64,000 bases of DNA from Fibrobacteria bacterium. GTDB taxonomy: Bacteria; Fibrobacterota; Fibrobacteria; UBA11236. The stretch covers positions 32,001-96,000 of the forward strand of contig JAYTHY010000023.1 of assembly GCA_043732185.1 (NCBI GenBank), given 5' to 3'. Shown here piece after piece: positions 54,302 through 63,368 of this stretch. Within the stretch, counting starts at the first letter, position 1. Each line of letters starts with the position of its first letter. The notes under the pieces are model-generated. The model was not told the origin of the DNA. It did not search any database and saw only the letters and a program-made list of their open reading frames with translations. Position numbers and translations under genes: made by a program.

Positions 54302-57300
54302 TTACCAGAGATCCCAGAATTTGTAGTGATAACTAATGCCAACCTGCTTGCGGACTTGATTTTTTTCGGTTTCGCCAATATGTTCCTCCGGCCGATTTTC
54401 GGCAGAAGCTTCCAACATGACTCTATCACGAACACGACGTTTCCATTCCGAACTGTGGGCCACTCTCTCCAAGGGTGGGCGCCATTCTAAAGCGACCCGG
54501 CTCTCCCAAGGATTAGCCAGCTTTTTTTCAGGATGATAGCCGGCCTTGGCCTTGAAACTCATCCCCCATTTTTCCTTGCTTTCAATGCCGATGGCGATGG
54601 GTTCTGATCCGGTGCTGTCTGCGGACATAACGGTGCCAATGCCGGAAACTTGGGTGGATTTGATCCATCCTAAGGAATACCTATTCCCGACGCTGGAAAG
54701 TTTTTCATTTATAGCCGGTTCCAAAAAGTTCACTACCGCCTCTCCGTAATTTCCGCCACCTGCACCCGCCACATACTGATCTGAATAGCACCCGCGGCTT
54801 ACCGAATTGATCAATGCGGCTGGTTCGATGACATTGCCTGAATTCCCGCCACAATCACTATCATAGGTAAAAGCCATTTCATCCAAACGGCCATCCAATT
54901 TAATGTAAACATTGCAAGTGCGCTTAGTATCCGGCTTGCAATCGTAACGTAAACGTTTCCCACCTTCAACCGACACACGGCCTTCTTCCACGGTGGCATT
55001 CTGCCATTTTAAGTCGAAATCCGTTATGTCATATGATTGGCTGCTCTGTCCCAATTCGCCGGAAAGAGCTGAAAATTGTCCTGTTAGCAAGGTGTACGGA
55101 TAGATGCCATGCACTTCAAGGTCACCCTTAAAAAACATGCGTAGAATATCCGTTTCAATCCGATTGGTAGAGCCAGCTGTTTCCACCGAAATTTGGAGAT
55201 CGATGGGGTTGTGATGTTGATTGCGCTTGTCGACTTTTACATTGCGAAAAAAGCGCTGGACGTCCCGAAACCCCAGCTTATGCTGGAACAGAAAGCCACG
55301 CAAGGCAGTCTTTACCTTCAATTGCGCAATGGGTGGTGGAGCTGCTGCGCCTTTACGGCTGGGAGGGGGTAGATGGTAAGCCAGGGAGAGATTTTCTAGA
55401 GTGCCTTGAATATTGATGGGCGCGTGTTGGGATTGGAATTCTGCTTTTCCAATGGTGGCATTAGCGGACAAACCAAGGCTGTCGATGTGCAAGGACACTT
55501 CCGAATTTTGGAGGACCAACTTTTGCAAGTCCGGCCATTTTATTTTGAGATTTTCACCACGTAGATGCGCGCTTAATTTAAACGGCCCCTGAAAATCACA
55601 TTCTGCTTGTCCTGTCAGGGCAACACTTCGCGCATTTCTGGCTTCCAGATCTGGTATTATCAGGTGGCCAGAATTTATGGATAAAGATCCCGCAATAGAC
55701 TGCGTGTCCAAGCCCGGTACGGCATAGCGCCCCTGTATGAAACCCGAATCCACTTCCAATTTTTGCAGCAACTCATGGCTAAATGGAAATGCCACGTGCC
55801 CCTCCAACCGAAGCGCCTGGATAGTACCGCCTTGTCCAGGCAGGATGCTTTGGCCAGACACTTTTAGGTTTCCATCCAAATCACGGAATTCCTGAGCTCG
55901 ACCGTCAAACTTTACGTGTAATCCATTTTCTGAAATCGCCTTTAAGGAAATATTTTGGACTCTGCCTAAGCATCCATCAACTTTGATTGAAAGACTATCA
56001 TTGAACCAGGGAACCTCAGGTGCGGCGGCGGTACGCATGGAAAGCAGAATGTTATCCCCATCTCCAACTAGGGTCATTTTTTTGATATGGAGTAATTTTT
56101 TAATCGGCTTTATTTCGAGGTCATTCGCCGTGTAGGAGCCAAGAAATCCAGTGCTATCCGTATAAGACAATCGCCCATTTAGCATGCCACCGTCCACTGG
56201 GTAACCAGGACCGAGAAATACTGCGAGTCGGGCGGCATCAAATCTGTCTGTTTCCAGCGCCAAACCTTCCACATCGTGAATCTTTAAATGTTGCATTTGG
56301 TAGAACTGCCGTCCATGCAACCGAACATCGCCGGAAACTTTAATTTTTGACCCAGCAAATTGTATTTCCGCTTGCTTAAGCGAGAACCTATTCCAATTCC
56401 ATGCGCCTTCCATTTTCAAATTTAAATTTTCACCGTTATACCTGACGGCGGAATTAATTACAGCTGTACCGCTCCTGGCGGCCCAATCCCAAGCAAATGA
56501 TCCGGAGAGAACGGGCTTTAAGGCCATGATCTTCCCAATTTTTGGGTAGGGTAATTTGTCAATCACAACATCACTGGCGTTTACTTCCATGCGATGCCTC
56601 GCAGGCATGGAATAGGTCAGTGTACCAAATTGTTTATGCTGCGTTCGGAAGTGCAAGGAAACCTGGCGGGAGCTGCCTCGACGATTTTTCAACTTTCCCC
56701 AGTCTACTTGACCCGTCACAGGCCATACGGCATCTTTCCAATACAAACGCGAATCAAGCAAACGGTAACCGTCTCGACCAATTGTCTGTTTTGTGTATAG
56801 GGAGTCGGCTACTGCACCGTATGCACGAGCTTGATTAATCCATGCTTCCCCAACCCATTCGCCATTTTGGAATACGCCGTTTAGTTTAGCGGTATGATAG
56901 GAAATATTAGTATCCGTCCAGGCATGTACCCAGGTTTCACTCGGACTCGCTTGTCCGTCAAATTTGAGTGTCCACGGTTCGAACTTTTTAAACTTTGCGA
57001 CACGCCAGGCTGGCGATGAGGTGTCCGATAAAATCGAACCTGGATTAAACTTTATCGACACTGCCGAACCGTCCTTGCTGCGAATATCCGCGTCCGCGTG
57101 CAGGCCCGAATGAAAATTTAGCCGTTGTATTTCCACATCGCCGGGAAGCACTTTGCCGCCTAATTGAATACGCACGCCATGGGTAAACCCGGTGAAGGAA
57201 CCGGAAAATCTCTGTATCCACGCTCTGAAATCTTTTTGTGATGCTACTTGTGATGCTACTTGCGATGGTGCGCTACTCTGGATAGGGAATGCAAACCGGC

Positions 57301-58279
57301 CGTGCAAGGTCACGCTTTCCCCAGAATCTCCGTGTGCCTCAATACCTAGGCTGCCAGAAGAATCCAGTATGTCCAAATTCGCCTTTACATGCTCCTGTCC
57401 AAGGATGGCCTTAGATGGCGTAGTCATTTTAAAATGGGACCGTACTGCAAATTGACTGTCTCTTACAATCCCAGCTTGGACATTGATCCCAGTTAGACTG
57501 GGAAGAAATGGTTTGGAGAAAAGGCGGTTATAAGGGCTTAAATCTCCAATTGCCAAGTCGATGGAATCCATGCCGCGCTCTAAATCCAACTTCCGATGGC
57601 TGCCCTCCATTCGAAGATAATCGCCGATTAAATTTTGCATCCGAACCTGATACTTTAGCGATTTTCCAAACCATCGGGCTGAAATCCTATACGATCCACC
57701 CATGGCGAATACCGATTTGATTTGACCAGAATCTGCGGGAATCGCCAGAACCAAGCTATCGCATTCAACGGCTGCACCTTTGGGTCCCTGGGTAAATGCA
57801 CGTGCGCCTATGACCTTGGCAAACAAGGAGCTATCCCTCCATACTTCCACCTGACCCACACGAGCTTGCAATGAAATGGGAATTCGAACTCCTGAAAAGG
57901 TTCTGGTTCTGTGGCGCTTCCCTTTTATCCCCATTTCCACATCAGAACTGGTATCTGTCGCCAAAAACACCTGGATGCATTGCGCACCGAAATCCATAGT
58001 CGGACTAAGGCTCACTATACCCTGCCAAACCCTGGTGTCGATATGGAAAGTCCCTGCCTTAATGTTGAATTTTGGCGTGCGCACCTCTAAGCTATCAGCA
58101 GTGAAATTCAATCGCCAGCCTAAGTGGGGATGGGTCATCTGGATATGGGTTTCACCCCAAACCATTTCCCGGTTTAAGTGCTTATTCAGCCAAATTTTTG
58201 CAAAAAGGACACCGCCGGACAAAATAGCCACTGGAGCCAGAAGGACTCCCCAAAGCAACCACTTTCGGAAACTACCCAT
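54302..58279 (-). CDS. TamB/AsmA-like translocation-assembly protein
   Basis: 1325 aa, N-terminal TM anchor, long beta-rich body, C-terminal GDLEVHG..LTGQFS..G pattern, directly upstream of the Omp85 gene. Confidence 0.7.
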   Translation of the reverse strand: MGSFRKWLLWGVLLAPVAILSGGVLFAKIWLNKHLNREMVWGETHIQMTHPHLGWRLNFTADSLEVRTPKFNIKAGTFHIDTRVWQGIVSLSPTMDFGAQCIQVFLATDTSSDVEMGIKGKRHRTRTFSGVRIPISLQARVGQVEVWRDSSLFAKVIGARAFTQGPKGAAVECDSLVLAIPADSGQIKSVFAMGGSYRISARWFGKSLKYQVRMQNLIGDYLRMEGSHRKLDLERGMDSIDLAIGDLSPYNRLFSKPFLPSLTGINVQAGIVRDSQFAVRSHFKMTTPSKAILGQEHVKANLDILDSSGSLGIEAHGDSGESVTLHGRFAFPIQSSAPSQVASQVASQKDFRAWIQRFSGSFTGFTHGVRIQLGGKVLPGDVEIQRLNFHSGLHADADIRSKDGSAVSIKFNPGSILSDTSSPAWRVAKFKKFEPWTLKFDGQASPSETWVHAWTDTNISYHTAKLNGVFQNGEWVGEAWINQARAYGAVADSLYTKQTIGRDGYRLLDSRLYWKDAVWPVTGQVDWGKLKNRRGSSRQVSLHFRTQHKQFGTLTYSMPARHRMEVNASDVVIDKLPYPKIGKIMALKPVLSGSFAWDWAARSGTAVINSAVRYNGENLNLKMEGAWNWNRFSLKQAEIQFAGSKIKVSGDVRLHGRQFYQMQHLKIHDVEGLALETDRFDAARLAVFLGPGYPVDGGMLNGRLSYTDSTGFLGSYTANDLEIKPIKKLLHIKKMTLVGDGDNILLSMRTAAAPEVPWFNDSLSIKVDGCLGRVQNISLKAISENGLHVKFDGRAQEFRDLDGNLKVSGQSILPGQGGTIQALRLEGHVAFPFSHELLQKLEVDSGFIQGRYAVPGLDTQSIAGSLSINSGHLIIPDLEARNARSVALTGQAECDFQGPFKLSAHLRGENLKIKWPDLQKLVLQNSEVSLHIDSLGLSANATIGKAEFQSQHAPINIQGTLENLSLAYHLPPPSRKGAAAPPPIAQLKVKTALRGFLFQHKLGFRDVQRFFRNVKVDKRNQHHNPIDLQISVETAGSTNRIETDILRMFFKGDLEVHGIYPYTLLTGQFSALSGELGQSSQSYDITDFDLKWQNATVEEGRVSVEGGKRLRYDCKPDTKRTCNVYIKLDGRLDEMAFTYDSDCGGNSGNVIEPAALINSVSRGCYSDQYVAGAGGGNYGEAVVNFLEPAINEKLSSVGNRYSLGWIKSTQVSGIGTVMSADSTGSEPIAIGIESKEKWGMSFKAKAGYHPEKKLANPWESRVALEWRPPLERVAHSSEWKRRVRDRVMLEASAENRPEEHIGETEKNQVRKQVGISYHYKFWDLW
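57236..57267. repeat. 12-bp in-frame tandem repeat within tamB-like gene
   Basis: TTGTGATGCTAC x2 + TTGCGATG, encodes SQVASQVASQ. Confidence 0.8.
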
Positions 58280-58486
58280 GTGGTCTCTCCAACCATTGGC
58301 ACAACCATAAGAATTGCCAAGGCTTACACATACCCATGACTATGTTAGCCTAATTTTGGTTTAGGCTCAAATTACTAATTCTGTTTGATGCTGTTCTTGG
58401 ATGCAGCCCCGACAAACCTGTACAAGTGAGAGCATTTTTACTGATTCCGATGATATAATCAAGATCATTTCCAGAACGGTGCATGG

Positions 58487-58768
58487 ATGGAATTTCACCA
58501 CAAGCTAAAACTAGCCGTCGCCCTAAAATACCGGTTGAATGAGGATGTTGCCCCCTTGGTGGTCGCTTCAGGACGGGGCGTCTTAGCCCAGGCCCTGGTA
58601 AAAAAGGCGTTGGACATGGATATACCCATTCATCCAGATGGCGATTTGGCTGAGCTACTGGGGGATGTCAATGTTGGCCAATCCATTCCTGAAGAACTTT
58701 ATGAAGTCGTTGCGCAAATAATGGCAATGGTTTATAGAATGGACACGGCACTTGAGCGTAAACTATAG
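58487..58768 (+). CDS. Stand-alone FlhB/EscU C-terminal-like protein
   Basis: AVALKY..APLVVASGRG..A..IP..LA..IPEELYEVVAQI. Confidence 0.9.
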   Translation: MEFHHKLKLAVALKYRLNEDVAPLVVASGRGVLAQALVKKALDMDIPIHPDGDLAELLGDVNVGQSIPEELYEVVAQIMAMVYRMDTALERKL

Positions 58769-58875
58769 GAATGAAGCTGGAACGGACGAATGTTGAATCG
58801 GAATAGGCAGCATGCTTGCAAAAGCTATTTTGCAAAAAACGAGAGTGGTGTTAGTTTGTACTACTCAGGAATTCA

Positions 58876-59379
58876 GTGGGGAAGAATTTGAACAGCGAGA
58901 TTAAAAAAGAAGCAGGCTATGCCGTTCAGCTTCCCAGCGATTTGGAATATATTCCGCCCTTACGTCAATTTATTGCGGAAATAGCTCGAGTGGAGGGATT
59001 CTCCAAAAAGTTCTGCTTTCGAACCGAAATTATCGTAGACGAACTGGTTACCAATGGCATCTTGCACGGATCCCAGGATGTACATGCTCCAATTACCATA
59101 AATGCCAAGTTTGAAGCCGACCAGCTGAACTTATCCGTTCAGGACCAGGGCGGTACCCGCCAAAACCTTGAAAATTTGAAACACGCTATTTACAGTCCCA
59201 AGCCGCCATCCACGGAAAAAAAGCGTGGTCGAGGATTAGTCATTGTGCAAATGCTGACCAATGAACTAAAAATCGATTTGGGTGAGAATGGCAATACCCA
59301 GGTTAGGGTAGTCAAAACCAGGGATGCCGAGGATGGCAAAGTCCATCGCGAAAAACTCCTCTATGAAAGTGATATATGA
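58876..59379 (+). CDS. RsbW/SpoIIAB-like anti-sigma factor kinase (HATPase_c_2)
   Basis: LPSDLEYI, VDELVTNGILHG (N box), VQDQG (G1), RGRGLVIV (G2). AGGA RBS. Confidence 0.88.
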   Translation: MGKNLNSEIKKEAGYAVQLPSDLEYIPPLRQFIAEIARVEGFSKKFCFRTEIIVDELVTNGILHGSQDVHAPITINAKFEADQLNLSVQDQGGTRQNLENLKHAIYSPKPPSTEKKRGRGLVIVQMLTNELKIDLGENGNTQVRVVKTRDAEDGKVHREKLLYESDI

Positions 59380-60155
59380 GGATATCGCAACAGATCAGCA
59401 CCCAGGATGAACGCATAGTTCTCTTGCATTTCGATGGGGATTTAAACGCTACCGATTGCGAAGCCACCAGTCGAATCTTTCAGGAAATCATCGATTCCAA
59501 GAAGTACTTCATTATTGCCTTAATGGAAAACGCCACCTTCATGTCTTCCCCTTTCCTGGGCGAATTGATGGGCTGCAAACTTCGCCTTGTAGAAAAGGGC
59601 GGCAACATGGTAGTGGTCGGCCTCCAATACGACTTACGGGAACGCCTCATTCATATGGGCGCGAATAAGATTTTCCAGTTTTATCCGGATGTCCATGCTG
59701 CCTACAATCACTACAACTGGGAATACACCCAGTCCACGCAAGTAGTCCAGATTTCCTTGCCACCAAAACTCCATGCAGTGCCCGCGGTACGCCGATTCAT
59801 TTCCGGTATTGCCAAACAAAAGGGCTATACTTCGCGGGACGCCTTCCGTATTGAGACCATTGTCGATGAAATCACCAATAATGCCATTGAGCATGGCGAT
59901 GCCACGCAACCACAGATTTCCGTGGAGCTGCGCATCGATCGCAAAAAATTTGAATTAAGCGTACGCAACAAGACTTTGATGGATAAAGCCAATCAACTTA
60001 AATACTTTATTGAAGCGAACAAGGAGCCGAACCAGAGCCATGAAACGCGGGGTCGCGGGATGGCGCTGGTGAAGCTGATCAGTAATTCGATCAATGTTAC
60101 CATCGATCAAAGCGGTACAGAAGTGACGATCACAAAAATGCGAGAGGACAGCTAG
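59376..60155 (+). CDS. STAS + RsbW-like HATPase fusion protein
   Basis: N-terminal STAS (FDGDLN, FMSSPFLGEL), C-terminal VDEITNNAIEHG and RGRGMALV. Confidence 0.85.
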   Translation: MRISQQISTQDERIVLLHFDGDLNATDCEATSRIFQEIIDSKKYFIIALMENATFMSSPFLGELMGCKLRLVEKGGNMVVVGLQYDLRERLIHMGANKIFQFYPDVHAAYNHYNWEYTQSTQVVQISLPPKLHAVPAVRRFISGIAKQKGYTSRDAFRIETIVDEITNNAIEHGDATQPQISVELRIDRKKFELSVRNKTLMDKANQLKYFIEANKEPNQSHETRGRGMALVKLISNSINVTIDQSGTEVTITKMREDS

Positions 60156-60158
60156 AAC

Positions 60159-60524
60159 ATGGACACCCAAATCGAACTTCAGGTATCCGACCTGGAAAAT
60201 GTTCCCCATGGAAAGCTTATCAAGTTCACGGGAGACTTGGATGCAACCAACGTAGAATCGACCCTGGATCAAGTCACCAAATTGATCAAGGATGGCTTTG
60301 TGACCATTGTGGCGGATTTTCATACGCTGCGCTATGTAAACAGCACGGGTCTGGGCATCCTGCTGCATTTCAGCAAGTCCGCAAAGGAAAAAAATGGCTG
60401 TTTCAAAATTGCCAACGTAAACGACAACGTTTATGAAATTATCGAGATCATTGGCGCGAATACCTTGCTAGACATTTACGACAATGTGGCTGAGGCCATT
60501 GCCTCCTTGCAATCCAGAAAATAG
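60159..60524 (+). CDS. STAS anti-anti-sigma factor (RsbV/SpoIIAA-like)
   Basis: GDLDA, LRYVNSTGLGIL with phosphoacceptor Ser, VYEIIEIIG, EAIASL. Confidence 0.92.
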   Translation: MDTQIELQVSDLENVPHGKLIKFTGDLDATNVESTLDQVTKLIKDGFVTIVADFHTLRYVNSTGLGILLHFSKSAKEKNGCFKIANVNDNVYEIIEIIGANTLLDIYDNVAEAIASLQSRK

Positions 60525-60577
60525 GGTCGTTTCCCCAGCCTCCGTCGCCACTGATTCCCCTTTCCCTGCCCTATCCC

Positions 60578-60606
60578 AAGCCCTCCCCTCGGTAGGTGGG
60601 CTTTTT
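60578..60606 (+). terminator. Probable Rho-independent terminator
   Basis: AAGCCC..GGGCTT stem followed by T run after the STAS gene. Confidence 0.55.
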
Positions 60607-60673
60607 GCCTCCACTTTTACTAATTTGATCACCCTTTAGAGATGCTTTCTTTTTGAAGTAGCAAAGGATATGT

Positions 60674-63229
60674 ATGAAGCGCATTTTATATTTCCTACCC
60701 CTGTTAACGCTCCTTGCCTGTGAGGGCAAACGTGCCGACCATAGCCGGGTTTTGGCGAAAATAGGTGGCACCAGCTATACTCAAAGCGACTTTGAGTTCA
60801 TGCTAAATACCATGTCCGTTGAGCGGCAAAATGAAATTCTGAAGGACCCGGAGGCCCGACGGAAGCAATTTAATTTGATGCTGAAACAAAAGCTGCAATC
60901 CATGGCTGCACAAAAATCCAAGCTCGGAAAAAACCCGAACTTGACCGGAAGGCAAGACCTTATCGATAAGCGCCTTGTGACACAATATTATTTTCAGACG
61001 CACTTGGGTGAAAACGACGCAATGAAATTGGAGGATTTACGGGCATACTATACTGCGAATACTGCAAAATTCGCTGGCGATTCTGGCAAGGTAAAGCCAT
61101 TTGAAGAAGTCCGCCCTCGCGTTGCCGATTCCCTTGTCCTATCCAAAGCCCCACTGGATTCATTCTACCGAGTCAACTCACGGCGTTATCAACAAAAAGC
61201 CTTTTGCGATCTTTCTTTCATCCAGGCCGCTAACATAAAATCCGCTGAGGCCGCCTCAAAAGAGATAGCCAAAGGAGTAAGCTTTGCGGAAGTCGCTAAA
61301 AAATATTCCACCCACGAAGCCAGCAAAACCAATAATGGTAAAGTTGGTCGGTTGACTAAAGGCGAAACTCTGTGGGAAATCGGTTCTAGTCTGAATGTGG
61401 ACAGCCTCTTCTTTAATGAAACTACCAAACTAAAAATCGGCGAGACTTCTAAACCCATCAAGCGGGATAGTGCATTCTTACTTGTCAAGGCAGATTCCTG
61501 CAAGGAGCAAACCACACCCCCCCTGGCCGAGATTCACAGCCAGGTTGCAGCTGATTATTTGAGTCAGTACAAAGCCAAACTCACTGAAAACGCATTAGCC
61601 AACCTAAAAGTGAAATACGGAGTCAAGCTCGCTGGTGCAGACATCGTGGTTTCCCAAAGCGAACTTCAAAAATATTTCGACGGACACAAAGATGCTTACA
61701 TGACTTCGGAAACCTATGACTTATATGCAATCGAGTCGAAGAATAAAGATTTACTCACCAAACGCATAAAAGATATTAAGGACCTGGAAGGCTTCAAAAA
61801 ACTTGCGGGCCAAATCACAGAGAATACATGGACCAAAGCAGTCATGGGGCACCTAGGGACCGTAAAACGCGATCATAGCTTGCCCTACGGCATCGGCATG
61901 CTTCCAGCCCTTTTCAGTGCCATGGATAATCTGACCACAGGCATGGTTCCTGGACCAATTCAAAATCCAGATACCAAAAAATGGCACAGTTTCTGGCTTG
62001 TCCAAAAATTTCCTCGGCAGCAAAAAGAGTTTGAACGCGTGCAGGCATTGGTGAAACAAGATTACAAATCCGAAAAGGTTACTACGGTCAAAATGGAAGA
62101 TACCCTGGCTACCTATTCCAAGAATAAGGTCGTCAGGGAAAAGGATGTCGATTTCTTGCGCCAAGAAATTCCGCCTAATATGCAAGAGCGCTACACTCGA
62201 GAGAGCCTGGTCGATTTCATTCTCACTTGGGAATTGGCAACCTTGGAGGCCAAGACTCTGGCCCTCAATGACGACATTAAACTCCAAGCCCAGCGCGAAG
62301 AAAGCAATATGAATTATTGGGCCCAAATTTACCAGGACTCGATAATTTCCAAAAACGCTGGTCTGGACACGGTTACTCTTAAGAAGACCTTCGAAGCCAA
62401 TCGCGCCTTCTTTACTCGTGATACTTTAGATAAGGATTACCAAAAATTTGTGCGTGACATTTCGGCATATCTAGCCGTGGACCCAAAGGAATTGGATATC
62501 GAGTACAGAACCAATCCGGAACGCTATCGCCGCGATACAGTGACACTGTCATTTGAGGACTCCCGATATGATGTATTCGCAAATGTAAAAGGCGCAGCCT
62601 ACGCAAAAGCGGAAGACCGCCTAATGGAAAGACTCGAGAGGGAGTTTCAAGTAGTGGTTCTGGATCCTACTCTCCTACCGGCAAAAATCAAGGCTCCGCA
62701 GGAGTCTTACAAACAAGCCCAAAATCTACATTACGATCGCAAGCTGGATCCAGCTTTGGAACTCTATCAACGTCTGCGTGATGAATTTCCAAAAGATGAG
62801 TCGTTGCAAGACTCTGTCTGCTTTGGGATGGCCCAGATTTATATCGAGCAAGAAAAATATCAGCAAGCTTTGTCGGAATATCGAAGATTGTCTTACCTGT
62901 TTCCAAAAAGTCCTAATAATTATAAAGCTATGTTCATGGTGGGTTTCATCCATGCAGAACACCTAAAAAATGATTCAGCGGCGGTTCGCGCCTTTGAAAA
63001 AATGTTAGCGCAATATCCATCCAGCGATTTATCTGATGACGCCGATTGGATGATTCGCAATATTCGAAGTGGTGGTAAATTAATGCCGGTTTTGGAAGGC
63101 GATTCTACTTTCGTAGCAAAAGATTCCAGTTCATCCTCGGCTCCTGCGAATGAAAAAACAAAATCAAATACCCAAGGTAAGGTAAAGGGAAAAGCAGAGA
63201 GCGGCAAATCAGCAGCGAAAAGTGAGTAA
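60674..63229 (+). CDS. Lipoprotein foldase: PpiC/parvulin PPIase domains with C-terminal TPR (BamD/CpoB-like)
   Basis: Lipobox LLAC, FAEVAKKYS..SK.NNGKVG, SKPIK, second degenerate rotamase (GHLG..GPIQ), TPR end (YQQALSEYRRL..FPKS; AFEKMLAQYPSS..DDA). Confidence 0.85.
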   Translation: MKRILYFLPLLTLLACEGKRADHSRVLAKIGGTSYTQSDFEFMLNTMSVERQNEILKDPEARRKQFNLMLKQKLQSMAAQKSKLGKNPNLTGRQDLIDKRLVTQYYFQTHLGENDAMKLEDLRAYYTANTAKFAGDSGKVKPFEEVRPRVADSLVLSKAPLDSFYRVNSRRYQQKAFCDLSFIQAANIKSAEAASKEIAKGVSFAEVAKKYSTHEASKTNNGKVGRLTKGETLWEIGSSLNVDSLFFNETTKLKIGETSKPIKRDSAFLLVKADSCKEQTTPPLAEIHSQVAADYLSQYKAKLTENALANLKVKYGVKLAGADIVVSQSELQKYFDGHKDAYMTSETYDLYAIESKNKDLLTKRIKDIKDLEGFKKLAGQITENTWTKAVMGHLGTVKRDHSLPYGIGMLPALFSAMDNLTTGMVPGPIQNPDTKKWHSFWLVQKFPRQQKEFERVQALVKQDYKSEKVTTVKMEDTLATYSKNKVVREKDVDFLRQEIPPNMQERYTRESLVDFILTWELATLEAKTLALNDDIKLQAQREESNMNYWAQIYQDSIISKNAGLDTVTLKKTFEANRAFFTRDTLDKDYQKFVRDISAYLAVDPKELDIEYRTNPERYRRDTVTLSFEDSRYDVFANVKGAAYAKAEDRLMERLEREFQVVVLDPTLLPAKIKAPQESYKQAQNLHYDRKLDPALELYQRLRDEFPKDESLQDSVCFGMAQIYIEQEKYQQALSEYRRLSYLFPKSPNNYKAMFMVGFIHAEHLKNDSAAVRAFEKMLAQYPSSDLSDDADWMIRNIRSGGKLMPVLEGDSTFVAKDSSSSSAPANEKTKSNTQGKVKGKAESGKSAAKSE

Positions 63230-63282
63230 TTTCGGCCCTTTTAGAACGAATAACTAAAAAAACCCTGTTGTAAGATTTTGTC

Positions 63283-63309
63283 ACGGCCGCTTATTTAGCG
63301 GCCGTTTTT
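63283..63309 (+). terminator. Rho-independent terminator
   Basis: ACGGCCGCT-TATTT-AGCGGCCGT followed by TTTT. Confidence 0.8.
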
Positions 63310-63368
63310 CAATTGCCCAGTGCTAAGATCTAGGTGTCGCCTCTCCGATTGCAAGGCATACTGGGGTC

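Noticed and set aside
58297..58312. TGGCAC upstream of the FlhB-like gene as a sigma54 promoter
   Set aside because: Lacks the -12 TTGC element at the required spacing.
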